This document shows, piece by piece, positions 39,621-52,899 of a stretch of 64,000 nt of DNA. The stretch is from positions 9,982,001 through 10,046,000 of the forward strand of contig JAQFVV010000002.1 in NCBI GenBank assembly GCA_028023455.1. The letters are read 5' to 3'. Both the position numbers and the translations under genes were made by a program. Each line of letters starts with the position of its first letter. Positions within the stretch are counted from its first letter, which is position 1. The notes below the pieces were generated by a model, which worked only from the letters and a program-made list of their open reading frames with translations, did no database searches and was not told the DNA's origin. This stretch comes from Epiperipatus broadwayi. Its lineage: Eukaryota > Animalia > Onychophora.

Positions 39621-41429
39621 AAATGTTTAAACAATGACAAATTACTATTGACACTGATAAAGTGTTAACCACGTTACATGGCTACAATCCTATTCTTTAA
39701 AGCAGCCAACTTTACATATATATAAAAAAATAAATCTTTTGTGACATTAAGATTCATAAATTATTTATTTAAACAACAATTGAGAATTTTTTGAATACAT
39801 AAATCTTTTCTTAACATTTTTAAAAACATATTAAAGCTCATTTTCATAAATATTTTCCAACCTTGATTTCGTGTAAAGTGTTTATAAACAATTGTGATTA
39901 TTTTTTAAAAAAAAAAGGAATAGATAGGAAAAGTAACATTGAAGTCACACAATTATGTTAATGCAGTATAGTTATAATTTATTAAATTGCATATTTTATT
40001 ATTATCAAAAACTTTATATCAAATAGGATTAAAAATATCTATGAATTTCTTACCATAATGTTTTTATAACTATAACTCATGTTACAATGATTACTTACGT
40101 ACACTCATAAATTATATTTTTGAGATATAGCTTGTGCATGCATAAAATTAGAAGCATTTAAAATAAAATTACTACTATTTTTTAACGATACATACATATA
40201 ATTAATTACAACATTTTAAATTAGTATAAAAATACCTTTTTTAAATGTCAGCCACTATTTCTTAGGAAATATAAAAACGAATCTTGTGTTCTTATCCTGA
40301 AATGATATGAATAAAAGTTCAAAGTCTCATTTGCAGTGCTTATTAAGGAAGTGAAAGTTGATAAGTGATGTCAGATTTATAATTTTATTATTATAAAAAA
40401 TATTATAAAGTATTTCCAATGGTAAATTAATCATAAGATGGCTAATCTCAATTTAGATAAAACACAAGATAAACATGACTGATAAAACAGAAATTGAAAT
40501 ACTGTATACAAAAAACATTCACAAAGCACAAAATCAATAAAGCAAAACAAAGTGGAGATTTAAAGGCATACAACTTATGAAATTGTTTACTAATAAAATA
40601 TCCTAATGACATATTTTAATAACGAGTTTTCTGGGTAAAAATTAAAGACGTATATGCATTAAATCAATGATATTTTTTTACTCCATTATATTTTTCATCA
40701 TAATACTAGCCACATTTTTTTGAATTAAAAAAAAAAAAATCAAGACATTATAAAATTTTAATATAATTGCATTATATTATCTTGAAATTAACTCATCATT
40801 TATAAAAAAAAATGAAAGTCTTTTGGACACTTCTTACAATAACAACAAACGGAAAATTAAATCTAGATCTAAAGACATTACTCATCACATACAATATCTT
40901 TAAAGAAGATTGAATAAGTCTAATTATTAAAGTAACTCATATTTATAAAATTATATTTTCATTATTATATTATATTTAAAAAATACATATAAAAAATACA
41001 CTAAAAATTACCAATACAGATTATATTGATGTTAATATTAAATTTAATATAATAAATCTAGTGTAACAGCAAAATGAAATATAAAAAAGTTTAATTAAAA
41101 AATATACATAAAAAGTGTAGAATGAAGAGTTAGTACACTTAGATTGCTGGTGTGTAAATGTTTCTTAAAAGATTTATGACAGTGTATCTTCTGTATTATA
41201 TTGACTGTGTCACATATGTACTGTCTCTCTTGCTGAACAGGTCTTAGTCATAATTTGTTCACCCTACTGGAATAAGAAATAACACTATTATTAATGAACA
41301 GGCTATTAAAGAGTTATACTGATGAGGATCAGTATCATAAGAGTGTAAGCATGAAAAGTCTTTAATAATCATTTTAATTATTAATAAAGAAGATTAGGGT
41401 GATAAATATTAAGGTAAGATTATTAATGT

Positions 41430-42690
41430 TATATATAGAGTTCACAAATAAGCTCTTAAAAAGCTTTGCAGAATATCCCCAACTCCAGACTGGCTTTTGC
41501 TACTGACTTCCTCAGTGAGGTGCTAGGATATTCAAGCATTAGATTAAAAATATTAGGACAAGCCCATCACTTTATCTATTAAGGCTTTGGTAATTTTTAT
41601 ATTGCTAAAGCTATTAATATATGGTGTATCTGAACTTGGTTCAGTACCATGTGGCTATTTAAGTTAGATATCTGGATTGGAAGACATAAATGTCTGAAAA
41701 TTTCAGATTTTCTACTTAATAGTTATCCATTAGATAAAATGTTGAGCTTGTCCTGGAATTTTTAATCTAATGCTTGAATATCCTAGCACCTCATTGAGAA
41801 ATCCAGTAGCAGTAACTGCTCTGGGGTTGGGAATATTCTTCAAAGCTTGTTAAGAGCTTATTTGCGAACTCTATATATAATGTCTGTAATACAAGCTTGT
41901 TAAATTAGGTCATGTGACATATGACCTGATTTCTTTGTAATTTTATTTTTTGCTATTAAGGCTTTGTAAATATTAATTCTTATTAAGCGCAATGTCAGCA
42001 CATAATACTTATATAAGACTAAAACCTTAGTACATGCTCTTTGAGTGTTTAATTTTAGCAAGAGAGATCTTTACAAATCATAATGCAAAGATTCGACTTT
42101 ATAAAGATAAGAGGGACCCTCTTATCTCTAACCTATTTTTTTTTTCAATTATATAGGCAAATCTAAAGCATTTTGATTTGGGAGCATGAAGCTAATAAAT
42201 TCTTCACTGATTAAGTCCACTATTTCTATTAAACATTAACATTTGCAAAATCTATCGATTGTCTCTCTTGCTAAAATTAAACACTCAAGGCACATGTACT
42301 AAGGTTTTAGCCTTATATAAGTATTAAGGCTTTGGTGATTTTATATTGCTAAAGTTATTAATATATGGTGTATCTGAACTTGGTCCAGTCCCATATGGTT
42401 ATTTAAGTTAGATAGCTGGATTGGAAGACATATGAATGTCTGAATATTTCAGATTTTCTACTTAATAGTTATCTATTAGATAAAGTTCTGGGATTGTCCT
42501 TGTATTTTTAATCTAATGCTTGAATATCCTAGCACCTCACTGAGGAAGTAGCAGAAACTGGTCTGGGGTTGAGGATATTTTGCAAAGCTTGTTAAGAGCT
42601 TATTTGTGAGCTCTATATATAACATTTGTAATACAAGCTTGTTAAATTAGGTCATGTGACATATGACTTGATTTTTTTTGTAATTAAAGT
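41430..42690. repeat. Cluster of forward and inverted copies of the AAGCTT...GGTCATGTGA family around a second 65-bp inverted repeat
   Basis: 41430-41580 is inverted vs 41730-41880. 41578-41940 is similar to 42322-42685. 42003-42067 vs 42262-42326 has 4 mismatches in 65. Confidence 0.85.
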
Positions 42691-42894
42691 AAGAGTTTGA
42701 TGGAGGCACATAGCATTTTGATTGCACAATAGTTTTTAACATTTTCTAAATTGTGATTTTTTTTAAAAATTGTTACAGAACATAAAAAATAGTAACATAT
42801 ATATACAATGCAACTTAGTAATAAAATTAACAATAAAAACATGAAAAATAACAAATTACAGCCAACATCATAGTAAAGAAACATTATTTTTAAA

Positions 42895-43610
42895 AATGAT
42901 TATATAAGCCAACCTTTGGTCACTATGCTGGAATCAGAGATTTAACATATTGTGTGCCCTAAATTATAATTTAATAAATAAATTGTGTAAACTTATATAT
43001 TCTGTAGCAGAAGAGAAATAGAATCTCATTTTAAACTATCTATGATTAGAAATAAGTAGTGAATTTCGAATTTTTCTATAATAAATAGTCTATTTATATA
43101 GTGCAAACTACATATGTAATATAAATAAGTTGACTAACCTATGGTCTTATGCTTTTACAAATTTAAGTTCACTTACCCATTAGCATTAGTTAAAAAGTTT
43201 ATTGTTATATAAGCCAATCATTGCTCACCATGGAGAACCTATTGTGTGCCTGAATTATAATTTAATAAATGAATTGTATAAATTTATTCATTCTGTAGCA
43301 AGATAGAGATAGAATCTCCTTTTTAACTACTTGTGATTAAAAATAAGTTTGCACTATATAAATAGACTATTTATTATAGAAAAATTCAAAATTCACTGCT
43401 TATTTCTAATTGCAAGTGATTAAAAATGAGATTCAATCTTTCTCCTGCTATAGAATGAATAGTTTACACAATTCATTTATTAAATTATAATTCAGAACAC
43501 AGTGGATTAAAAATCTGATTTCATTATGGTGAGCAAAAGTTGGGTTACATAACAATAAGGTCTAAGCATACGTACAGGACCAGATGTTAGTAACTTTATT
43601 TATATACAAA
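42895..43610. repeat. Nested direct/inverted repeat complex
   Basis: 42950-43108 is inverted vs 43346-43500. 43240-43345 directly repeats 42950-43050. 43500-43600 is inverted vs 43120-43240. Confidence 0.8.
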
Positions 43611-43689
43611 ATAATGTTTATAAAAAAATAGTTATTTAAATTAATTTTAATATGACATTTGTGATTAGTAATATTTTACAGATTTCAGC

Positions 43690-46600
43690 AATATGGAAAT
43701 CGAAATATCTTGCATAGAATCATGTTTTTATTTAATAAAATTATCTACTTTGTGCTACTATGATGATGAATAATTATTTATAATATAATAAAAAGATGAT
43801 TAAAATATCTAATAAAAATGAAAAATAATAATTATTACAATATTTAAGAGCAATGATTCATACTTCTTATTCCAGAGCTATTTATTATGAGTTTGAATAA
43901 AAACAAATCTTAAATAATAGTTATATTATAGCCACATTTCCAAATTAAGGATGGTTGTTAGATGTTAAGTGCTTTAGATTCAAAACCTTTTTCTGATAAA
44001 AATCTTTGGACAGAAATTAGTTTGGAGACATAGATATAATAATTATCTAATGTGTATTGTTTATTGAAGTTTACAATAGATAGTTCTGATGTATTTGCCA
44101 AGTATATGTTAAATGTAAGCAGAGAAGTCATATGTTATTTTATTGGTACATACTATTTTAGCTAAGGGATGAAAGGTATATATAAAACAGGCATAAAAAT
44201 ATATATTTATTTATCTAGTAACAGATATCTAAAAACTATATAAACAGATTACATTTAGATTCAAAATCTCAAAATTTTATTTATTATTTTGATAGCACAA
44301 AAAATTAAAGATGATTTCTGTATGCATAAGCATATTAGATTCATATCTTGTTACTAAATGTCACAAGTCAAAAAGTAGTTTAAGATATTAATATAATAGC
44401 ATTATCGTTTTGTAGCTATTGATGACTCAAGCTTACAATAGATGGTGCTGGAGTAGAATAAAGATAGATATTACTGTTTCTAAAAAATATTTTAAGTGTA
44501 AGCAAAGAATGTCTTATGATGTTCTAGTTAAAATAAAAAATATATAATGCTATCTTATTTAAAACAAAAGAAATCTTATATTAATGTATTAATTATAATA
44601 TTTATATATATAACACAAATCAAATATATATAAACTACAAAAACAGGCTTTGTCATTCCCAGTTGATGGTTATGTATATAATAAATAGGATTAGATAATT
44701 CATTCAAAAACACAAGTTAGCAAGTCATTTTGTGACAATTGTTTAATTTTCATGATATTTTTTATTTTAATTTGTGAAACATTTGTATCAAAATTGTGGA
44801 CCATTTAGTTTTAAATAAAATATAAACCATAAGGACAATTTCTGTTTAATTTTTTTCAGTCAAAAATTTTACAGCTTTCATATATAAAGCCATACCATGC
44901 AATATCCAGAATTTTTCAGGTAATAAACTAATTTGCATCTGGTATTTCATATCACTTTTAATGTATGTTAAAATTTTTTATGTAAATTAATAGAATGCAA
45001 ACATGATTTGTTGACTACTAAGAATTCATAATAATAGCATCAAAAGTATTAAATCTAAAATGATTTAACACTCTATATTCTACAAAAATATCTGCCTGTT
45101 TATAATACTGAAGGCATTGATTGTACATAAAATCCAAACTAATTAACAAATTGAACACTCATTAGTAATATATCTGACATAAAACTATAGTTACTGATAT
45201 AGTTGCAATAAAAGATATGTCAATGTTTGCAGTAGGAAAGTTTTGGACTTATAAAGATTCTTATACATCACATGATATTATAAATTAGTCAAGATGACTT
45301 TACTCATTCACAACAAATGCATAGTCTCAAGAAAATTATATCAACATTAATGTAGATAGAAGTATGACATTAAGTATTATGCTACACAAACAGATATTTA
45401 TTTACTTTAGCTAGTTTGATTATTAATAAAAGAGATTATAAAGATTCCGACCAGGAAAGAGATTTGCCACTGTAGCCAGAGATTTTATAAACATTTCAGT
45501 CATTCATTGCTACATTTGTCCACATTCATGTAGATTATTGGCTTCTAAATTCCATTAATAAAGTAGATGAGCATAATAATTATGGTTTTCTTGAATCTGT
45601 TGTTAAGACTCCAATTGTGTCTAGACAGTTTTAATCTGATCAATTTATTATTGGATTTGGAAAAAAAAATTGTTTGGAACATAATAAAAATTCCATTTTT
45701 ACACTGTAATTCTTCAACTGTAAATTCTGGCTGAACATCAAAAATGTCTTAGAGAATGAAACTATAACTTAAGCTATTGTTCTTAACTATAACTTGGGCT
45801 ATTGAATTGACAAATTTTTATAAATTTTATGTGAAACAACTTCTCTTCTTATATCTGGCTGAGAAATTTGTAAAAGAATAGAAGTAAAGGAATAGACTTG
45901 AGTATACATATAATTTTTCCTATAGTAATATTTAATGAAGTTTGCAAAGTTCTTTCATTAACAAAATATTCTAATATCAAGAAAGTTGTTCATGAAGAAC
46001 TTGCTTCATATCCCCAAATAGGACCAGAAAACTTTTAAAAATTTTATTCATAGAAATTAATTTTGATTTATTTTAAATAAATGAGGAAGATGAGTAAGGC
46101 TATAATCATACATATGTAGTATAGAAGAATTGTGCTTTAATCAATTATTGCCAAAACATTATATTCAGATTTTCTGTTGCTTAGATAAAAAAAAATTGAG
46201 CATACTGTCTACAGAATTAGGAATTAGTCACCAGTCTTAGAAAAAAAAATCAATCTTTTTATGCCCTTATTGAAAGAGTTTCTATTTCAGAAAAGTTCTC
46301 TTTTGAGACATCAATACAATATCATCCGCATAGATTAACTTTCTGAATTATGCTTCTGAATTATCACTTAATATAACTTGAATTTTCCATTGGAGAGAAT
46401 ATTATTAAGTAGATTAATAATTTTCCTGCACTTAAGAATTTTAAAAACAAAAATAGCTTTTTTCAAACAGACTTGCAAGCTGAGATTAGATCAATATAAG
46501 ACAGCACTAGTTTTTAATTTATTTTGAAAATCATTTTCAATATGAGTTGACAATAATAAAAATTGCCCATGACAACTTTTCATAGCCTAAATCTAGTCTG

Positions 46601-47200
46601 TTCTGCAAGTAGATGACTCTCAACTTACAAATCATTCAAAACGCTAATTAAGAAACACAATTATGATATAAAGCAATATTTTTTTGATTATTTGGTTTTA
46701 AGACTGCTATAGTATTGCTTTTATACCAATTTTGTGGAATAGTTTTTGTATGAATAAACTGAATAATTTTGCAAATCACACTTTGGCTTTGGATTCTAAA
46801 TTTTTTAAAAATTTTGCTTCTCTGATTTTTCCTGGTTTTATATAATCAAGAACATGCTCTAATTATGATTTTTTATTCTATTATTATTAGATTAAAAAGT
46901 CTGATATACAAAATCAACTAACTCACCAGTATTAATTTTTTTAGAGATATTTCTACATCCAACAATTTTTTTTAAAGAGACCAGACCTTATAAATAGATC
47001 TTGAAAAGTTATGCTTATCTGGGATATCTCACCATTTTTTTGGTATTACCCAGTGATTTTTACAAATTTGTCACCAATTTCTGAATCTTTAATAAATAAA
47101 AATTGGCTATAAAGAGCACTATTAATTTTGTGTGAATCTGAGATGAATTGCTTCATTATTTATAAGTAATGAACTATCTTATAGCTGTTATTATAATTTT
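43690..47200 (+). pseudogene. Long decayed coding-like segment of unknown origin (candidate endogenous viral element or unrecognised transposon)
   Basis: Repeated 30-50 codon protein-like plus-strand stretches separated by sparse stops and frameshifts. No RT, endonuclease, DDE or helicase motif recognised. Confidence 0.4.
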
Positions 47201-47599
47201 GTTAAATTTATTATAGCAGAAAAAAATTGGAGAAATATTAATATTTTGTTTAATATGTATGTGTATTAATTAAACCACTAAACATCACAAGCTGTCTGGC
47301 ATCCAATGATTTCTCTTTTTGGCATAAGATGGCACTACTGTATGGAGAGTTTTGCTTTGTTTTGAATTATTTGATGGGTATTGTTTCCAGTTAGTTTTCA
47401 TTAAATTCTATCTTGAAATAGGTTAATGTTCACCTATAGGACTATGGATTCAAAGTGCTTAGATTTAATTTATGTTGTGTATAGAGGAATTATTAAATAT
47501 TAATAGTTTTGTAGGGAATTATTTATTTTTTGTTGAAACCAAACATAAGCCAGGAATTTTTTCTGTTCTCCAACTGTATAAATGAAATATTTCTCTTTG

Positions 47600-48250
47600 C
47601 TTAGCATTGTAAAGTAAGTGTGTTTTTAAATTCATCTTTTCCAAAGGGTGACAATCTTGTTTCTCATTTATATATCCCCAAAGATTACTAAGAAAATTAA
47701 AATCTATAAATAAAGAAAATTTAGGAATATCTGAAAGAGGAGGGTAACACCAGTTTGTATTTGAAGATTTGCAAATAATTCATTCATAAAAATTACCTGA
47801 ATGATGTTTGCAATATTATTTTAATTATCTTCAAAAAAAATTTTCTTTACAAATGGTGTGAAACAGAAGTAGCCATATCATGATTAGAATGCATTCCGTA
47901 ATTAATGTAAATTCAGGAATTTAAAAATATTTATATATTATTAAAAATGATCAGGCTCCTTAAAAATAATTACATTACTGCTATGGGGAACAATTATTGT
48001 AGAGTATCTTCATTTTTGATATATCTATAATATTAAATTGAAATAATTTTAATGAGCTTCTTAGATATAGAGAAGATCACTTTGTAGAGAGTATATCTGG
48101 AACATGAGTCATTCCATTGTTGCTAATACTATGAATCTATTTTTTTTGAAAATCTAGAACTTTAATCTCTGTAATTCTGGAGTAGATATCTCTTATAATA
48201 CTACTAGAGTTCATGCTAATAAGTTTATTGTGTATTTTCACAATTTACTA
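47600..48250 (-). mobile_element. Decayed LINE RT remnant
   Basis: NNGMTHVPDILSTK*SSLY resembles GV.QG..LSP.LF..Y, and LVIFGDI resembles KYFGHI. Confidence 0.4.
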
Positions 48251-48419
48251 TTTTTAACCAAGAGTTCTTCAAGATGAAGAATGGGTTTTTAAGTGGAAAT
48301 TATAGGTTTTGTAGGGGTGTGTGTGTTTGTATTTAATGCATGATTTATGATAAAAACAAACTCTTAAAAATACATTTAAATATTTATTAATTCAATACAA
48401 AAAAAAATATTTTTGAATT

Positions 48420-48800
48420 TTACTGTGCATGGATATATATTATTCATGTGCTAATTTTTTAAGCATTGCACATACACCCTACCACACAACTTAAATGGAA
48501 CACTGCTGCTGACCCTAAATCACAAATTTCTATGAACATCATAAATAAATCAGATAATACACCCGAGATTGTAGAACCCATTGAAGTACTGAAAATCTGC
48601 TTATAATTTGTCCATTGTACACGAAATAAGTATTTGAAATAAAATGTTTAACTAATGAAATAATATAGTTTGGTAAATTGCAATGTTGAGAAGAATTATT
48701 TAAAGCTTTGTCAATTAAAAATATTTCTAAATAAAGAAGTAACATCGAAGCTGACAAAAATATCACTTATATCAATTTTCCAATAGAGGAATTTAGAGTT
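48420..48800 (-). mobile_element. Penelope-like RT core remnant
   Basis: LVKHFISNTYFVYNGQII followed, after a frameshift, by TSMGSTISGVLSDLFM. This matches the PLE TYF.FNGQ.Y.Q..G.AMGSP.S..LA.IFM motif. Confidence 0.75.
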
Positions 48801-48849
48801 TTTTTTATTTATTATTTGTCTGAAGGTTTGTGATGATGGTATATTAGAA

Positions 48850-49085
48850 GTGATAATATGTTGGACTCTTTTCATCATCTATTATTAAATGTTGAATGTA
48901 TAAAAAAATTTAAACTTTTAAAAAACTTTTCAAATACAAACAACTTGTTAGTAATAACTAACCTATGTTGTCTATTTGTGTATTATTACTAACAAGTTAT
49001 TTGTATTTTAAAAGTTTAAATAAAATTCAAAATTTTCTATACATTCGACATTTAATGATAGATGATGGAAACAACATATTATCAC
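48850..49085. repeat. Fold-back with ~105-bp arms and ~25-nt loop
   Basis: 48850-48958 vs 48983-49085, e.g. CATCATCTATTATTAAATGTTGAATGTATA vs TATACATTCGACATTTAATGATAGATGATG. Confidence 0.85.
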
Positions 49086-49229
49086 ATTTTTTAATATATG
49101 ATATAATAGATGGAATTGTAGGTTTTATTATATAAAATAAATACCTAGTTAAAATGTGAATGGAGATCCTAATATTAGCACCTTTAAAATTTCTTGTTTG
49201 GCTCAGATATATATACATATATATATATA

Positions 49230-50030
49230 TATTACATGTTTTTTATCTGTCAACATGGTAAAGATAAATTATATGATTTCTTCATATGTTTAAACAATAT
49301 TTACATTCTTATATTAAATAGACTGATGGGAAATTTTCTTTTCTTAATCATTCATCATCAAAAAATGAAATAATCTTTTTTTTTTTTCAGAAAAACTACA
49401 TATATGGACATATATCTACAATTTTCATTCTGTCATCATCCAGCTCAAATCTTTTCTGTAGCCAAAACTCTTTTTGCTAGAGCATTAACTTTTCAAATAA
49501 ATCACATCTGGAAGAAATAAATTATGTAAATAATGTCTTATTAGCTAATGGTTATATAATAAAACTATACCCCAAGCCTTAATTCAAGCCCTAAACAATC
49601 AAAATAAAAAAACAATTATTAGAGTTTGCATTTCTTATATAAAAGAAATTATAGATAATATTGGATATATTCTAAAACATTATAATATATTACTAAAAAA
49701 TTAGTAACCATCTATCCAAACTAAAAAATTAGTTCCTTTTGAAGTCCATGGAGTTTATGAAATTTCATGTGGCCTTTGTAGATATGAATAATCATTACAT
49801 CAATGTTAAAAGAGATGAATATGTTAATGCAGTTAAACAACACTATTATCATCAGCAGCACTCTCATTTTATCCTATGGATACAGATCATAGTATTGATT
49901 TCTCTAATGCCAAAATCCTATCTAGATTTGACACTATCCAACAATGTAAGATCAGAGAAGCCATTGATATTCTTAAAAATCAAATTGTATCAACCAACAT
50001 GATGATACATATAAAATACCTTCTATTTGG
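49230..50030 (+). mobile_element. Penelope-like RT thumb to GIY-YIG remnant
   Basis: DGKFSFLNHS, RKTTYMDIYLQFSFCHHPAQIFSVAKTLFARA, then a C...YI-like GIY-YIG region and later HPMDT/SEKPL-like fragments. Confidence 0.75.
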
Positions 50031-51040
50031 AAGAATATTTTAAAAACCATGAATCTAAATAGATTGTGATGTTTATTATTCTACCTGCTTTCTATTGATA
50101 GAATTTTCAATCTTCTTGTATGTCAATGTTTATGGCACCCTTATAATCATTTTTATAATATTTTTTACTCAGTTAATAGCTGGTATAACCCATACAAAAT
50201 GTTGGTATATATTTTTAGTACAATAAATTATGCATGGACGAATTTGGACAACTTTTCATTTATATTTCTAACCCATGAAAATCTTTATTTTAATATATAT
50301 ATATATATTATTGAAAAATATTGTACACTTGCAGATCAGTAAATAATATAAATTCTATTGTAGTCAAGACTTATCAATATAATGTACATTATATATAAGG
50401 AGCTTAGAAGAAAATTTAGCTGATATCATGGTTTCATTATATGTACTGACATAACCAAAGGCTAAAAATATTCCACAGATAGATAAAATAGAGGTTATAC
50501 AATTCCTGAATGGTCTAATATCAGATATATATAACTATGGAATAAAACATAGAAGAAAATAAAAGATGGCTGCAGAATATATATAAATGCATTGAGATCA
50601 AGCTCATTATTTATGAAGATCATAAGCTACAAATTAAAAACTAGTCTGGAAAAGGATATAATAATACAAGTATAAAGTTTATTAATGAATAATTCTAAAT
50701 TGAAATGAGCAGTATTTGGAAACCTATATTAAATGCAAACAAAAGATCATTTGATGTTTTTATTGGTATGTTTTATTGTATCTAAACATTGACACATTCT
50801 TACAATTTTGTGTTTAATAAGTAAAAATAAGTTTTAACAAGCAAGTATAACTTTTTAAAGTATTAATATTATTGATAATGATGTAAGATCTATAGTGTGA
50901 ATTCTTATTCTTTTTATTAAACAATAAATTAATAATTTATAAAATGTCTCTAAAAGTTAGGTTTACTTAAAAATCTTTTTTGAAAAACTTATATTATGCA
51001 TTTATTAAAATAGAAGTGAGTGATTTACATTTAAATTCAT

Positions 51041-51480
51041 GTAATATATTATCATATATAATAACACAGCAATATAAAACATCACTTTTTCTTTTAAAAT
51101 ATATATGTTCTACAATAATATCAGCAAATTAAAAATCCTTCTCCTTTTTCTTTTCAAAAACTTTATTTTTTTATATCAATACTGAACATTTATATATTTA
51201 TATAATACAAAACTCCAACGTTTCAACTGTTTTTATCTCCATACAGTCATTGTCAAGGATCAAGGTTATCCTTTTTTAAAACACGCAAAGAGCAATTTTT
51301 GTGTGTTTTAAAAAAGGATAACCGTGATCCTTGACAATGAGTGTATGGAGATAAAAACAGTTGAAACGTTGGAGTTTTGTATTATATAAATATATATATA
51401 TGTTCAGTATTGATGTAAAAAAATAAAGTTTTTGAAAAGAAAAAGAAGGATTTTTAATTTGCTGGTAATATATTATCATA
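51041..51480. mobile_element. TSD-flanked fold-back insertion: ~165-bp arms, ~12-nt loop, degenerate hammerhead-like core in each arm
   Basis: Arms 51122-51287 / 51300-51464 are about 95% identical. A perfect 16-bp direct repeat GTAATATATTATCATA lies at 51041-51056 and 51465-51480. Confidence 0.88.
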
Positions 51481-52899
51481 AAAGTTTTTTTTCTTATCAA
51501 AAATTTGTCTAATTTAAAGTATACACTTCTAATTTATATATGGCAATTTGAACTTGGATATAAAGAAAAATTACAAATAAATACTGCATATTTTTAATTT
51601 CCTATATCAAAAAATGGTTAAAAATATATCTTCTTAATATAGGTTATACAATATATTTTTTGTATTCTTCCAACAGAAAATATCCTTGAAGTTATTTATG
51701 CTTTTATGGCTGATTCATGAGATATTAGCCACAAGTTAGTTGTTGATATCTTTTTACAAATGTTATTCAACACTTTCTCAATAAAATCTAATACTGAGAT
51801 TTTCTGGACTGAAAATGTTTTAGAAAATCCACTAAAGTATATTGTAAGTAAGAATACCAACTAACAATGCATGTGCCAAACATGGAGCATTATAGGACTG
51901 AATATGATATACAAAGATCTCTGATTAATCTAGATCTTGTAAAATAATATGGCAATTAAAAATCAATATTTATTAATAATCAGAAAAAAATGATTAAAAG
52001 TGAGTGAGGCAAATGAAAAAAAAAAAGGCGATTTGTTGCAAGTGTTTATTCTGTAAGAACATTTTTGATATTTGTCTAAAGATGAGGTGTCTAATTCACA
52101 GCAAGCCATAATCATTGGTAATTTTCATTTTGTATTTGATATTTGTTCTTTATAAAAAAAATTTATCCATAAAATTGATGAAAACAATATGAAGAGTGAG
52201 ATCACAAATACCCTATTCAAATTTGAAAAATGCTTTGCTGATTTAATTAACAAACAACTCCAAATATTAAAGGCAATGAGAGCACAACACTCATTAAAGT
52301 AAGCAATATTTAAAGTTTAATTTTTTATAGTAATAAATTATTATTTTATAAAAGCACACTGAAAATTATTTAGCTATATTAATTTACTTTCTATAAAAAT
52401 TAAACAGTAGTGCAAAAGTTATATGGAACTCATGTGCAAAAACATTGGTGCACTAGCAGTAAAATGCTGTTCACCTCTTCTAGAAGTGCTAAAGTTGCTT
52501 AAAATAATAATTTGTAAGTCCATGTTTATATTATATATCAATCTCTCTATCACAAGTATTAAATTTTGTTCATTTTCTCATTCTTGAGTTTAGTAAAAGC
52601 TATAATGTAGCTGACTGCAAACAAAACAAAAAGAATATTTGATACCTCTTTTAGTAATATATTATTAAAAATAAAAAATATTACAAAAATAAATTCTCTC
52701 CTATAAAATAGTATAATAAAAACTGCCTCAATATAATCATTCACCTTTCCATAATTCTTGGGTTAAAGTCCTTATATTTAGATTATTAGGTCTTTAAATT
52801 TAAAACTATATACATCTTTAGAAATTGTGATGTTCTTGTTAATTTGAAGTAAAATTTAAAAACCCAAACAAATTTAAATTATTTACAGATATTTTTAAA

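Noticed and set aside
41316-41335. Perfect small hairpin ATACTGAT-GAGG-ATCAGTAT containing CTGATGA
   Set aside because: No correctly placed GAAA. An 8-bp stem is expected by chance in 64 kb.
51700-52000. Minus-strand PCLAHALL resembling the hAT C.AH.LNL motif
   Set aside because: A single short match amid stops, with no TIRs or other transposase motifs.
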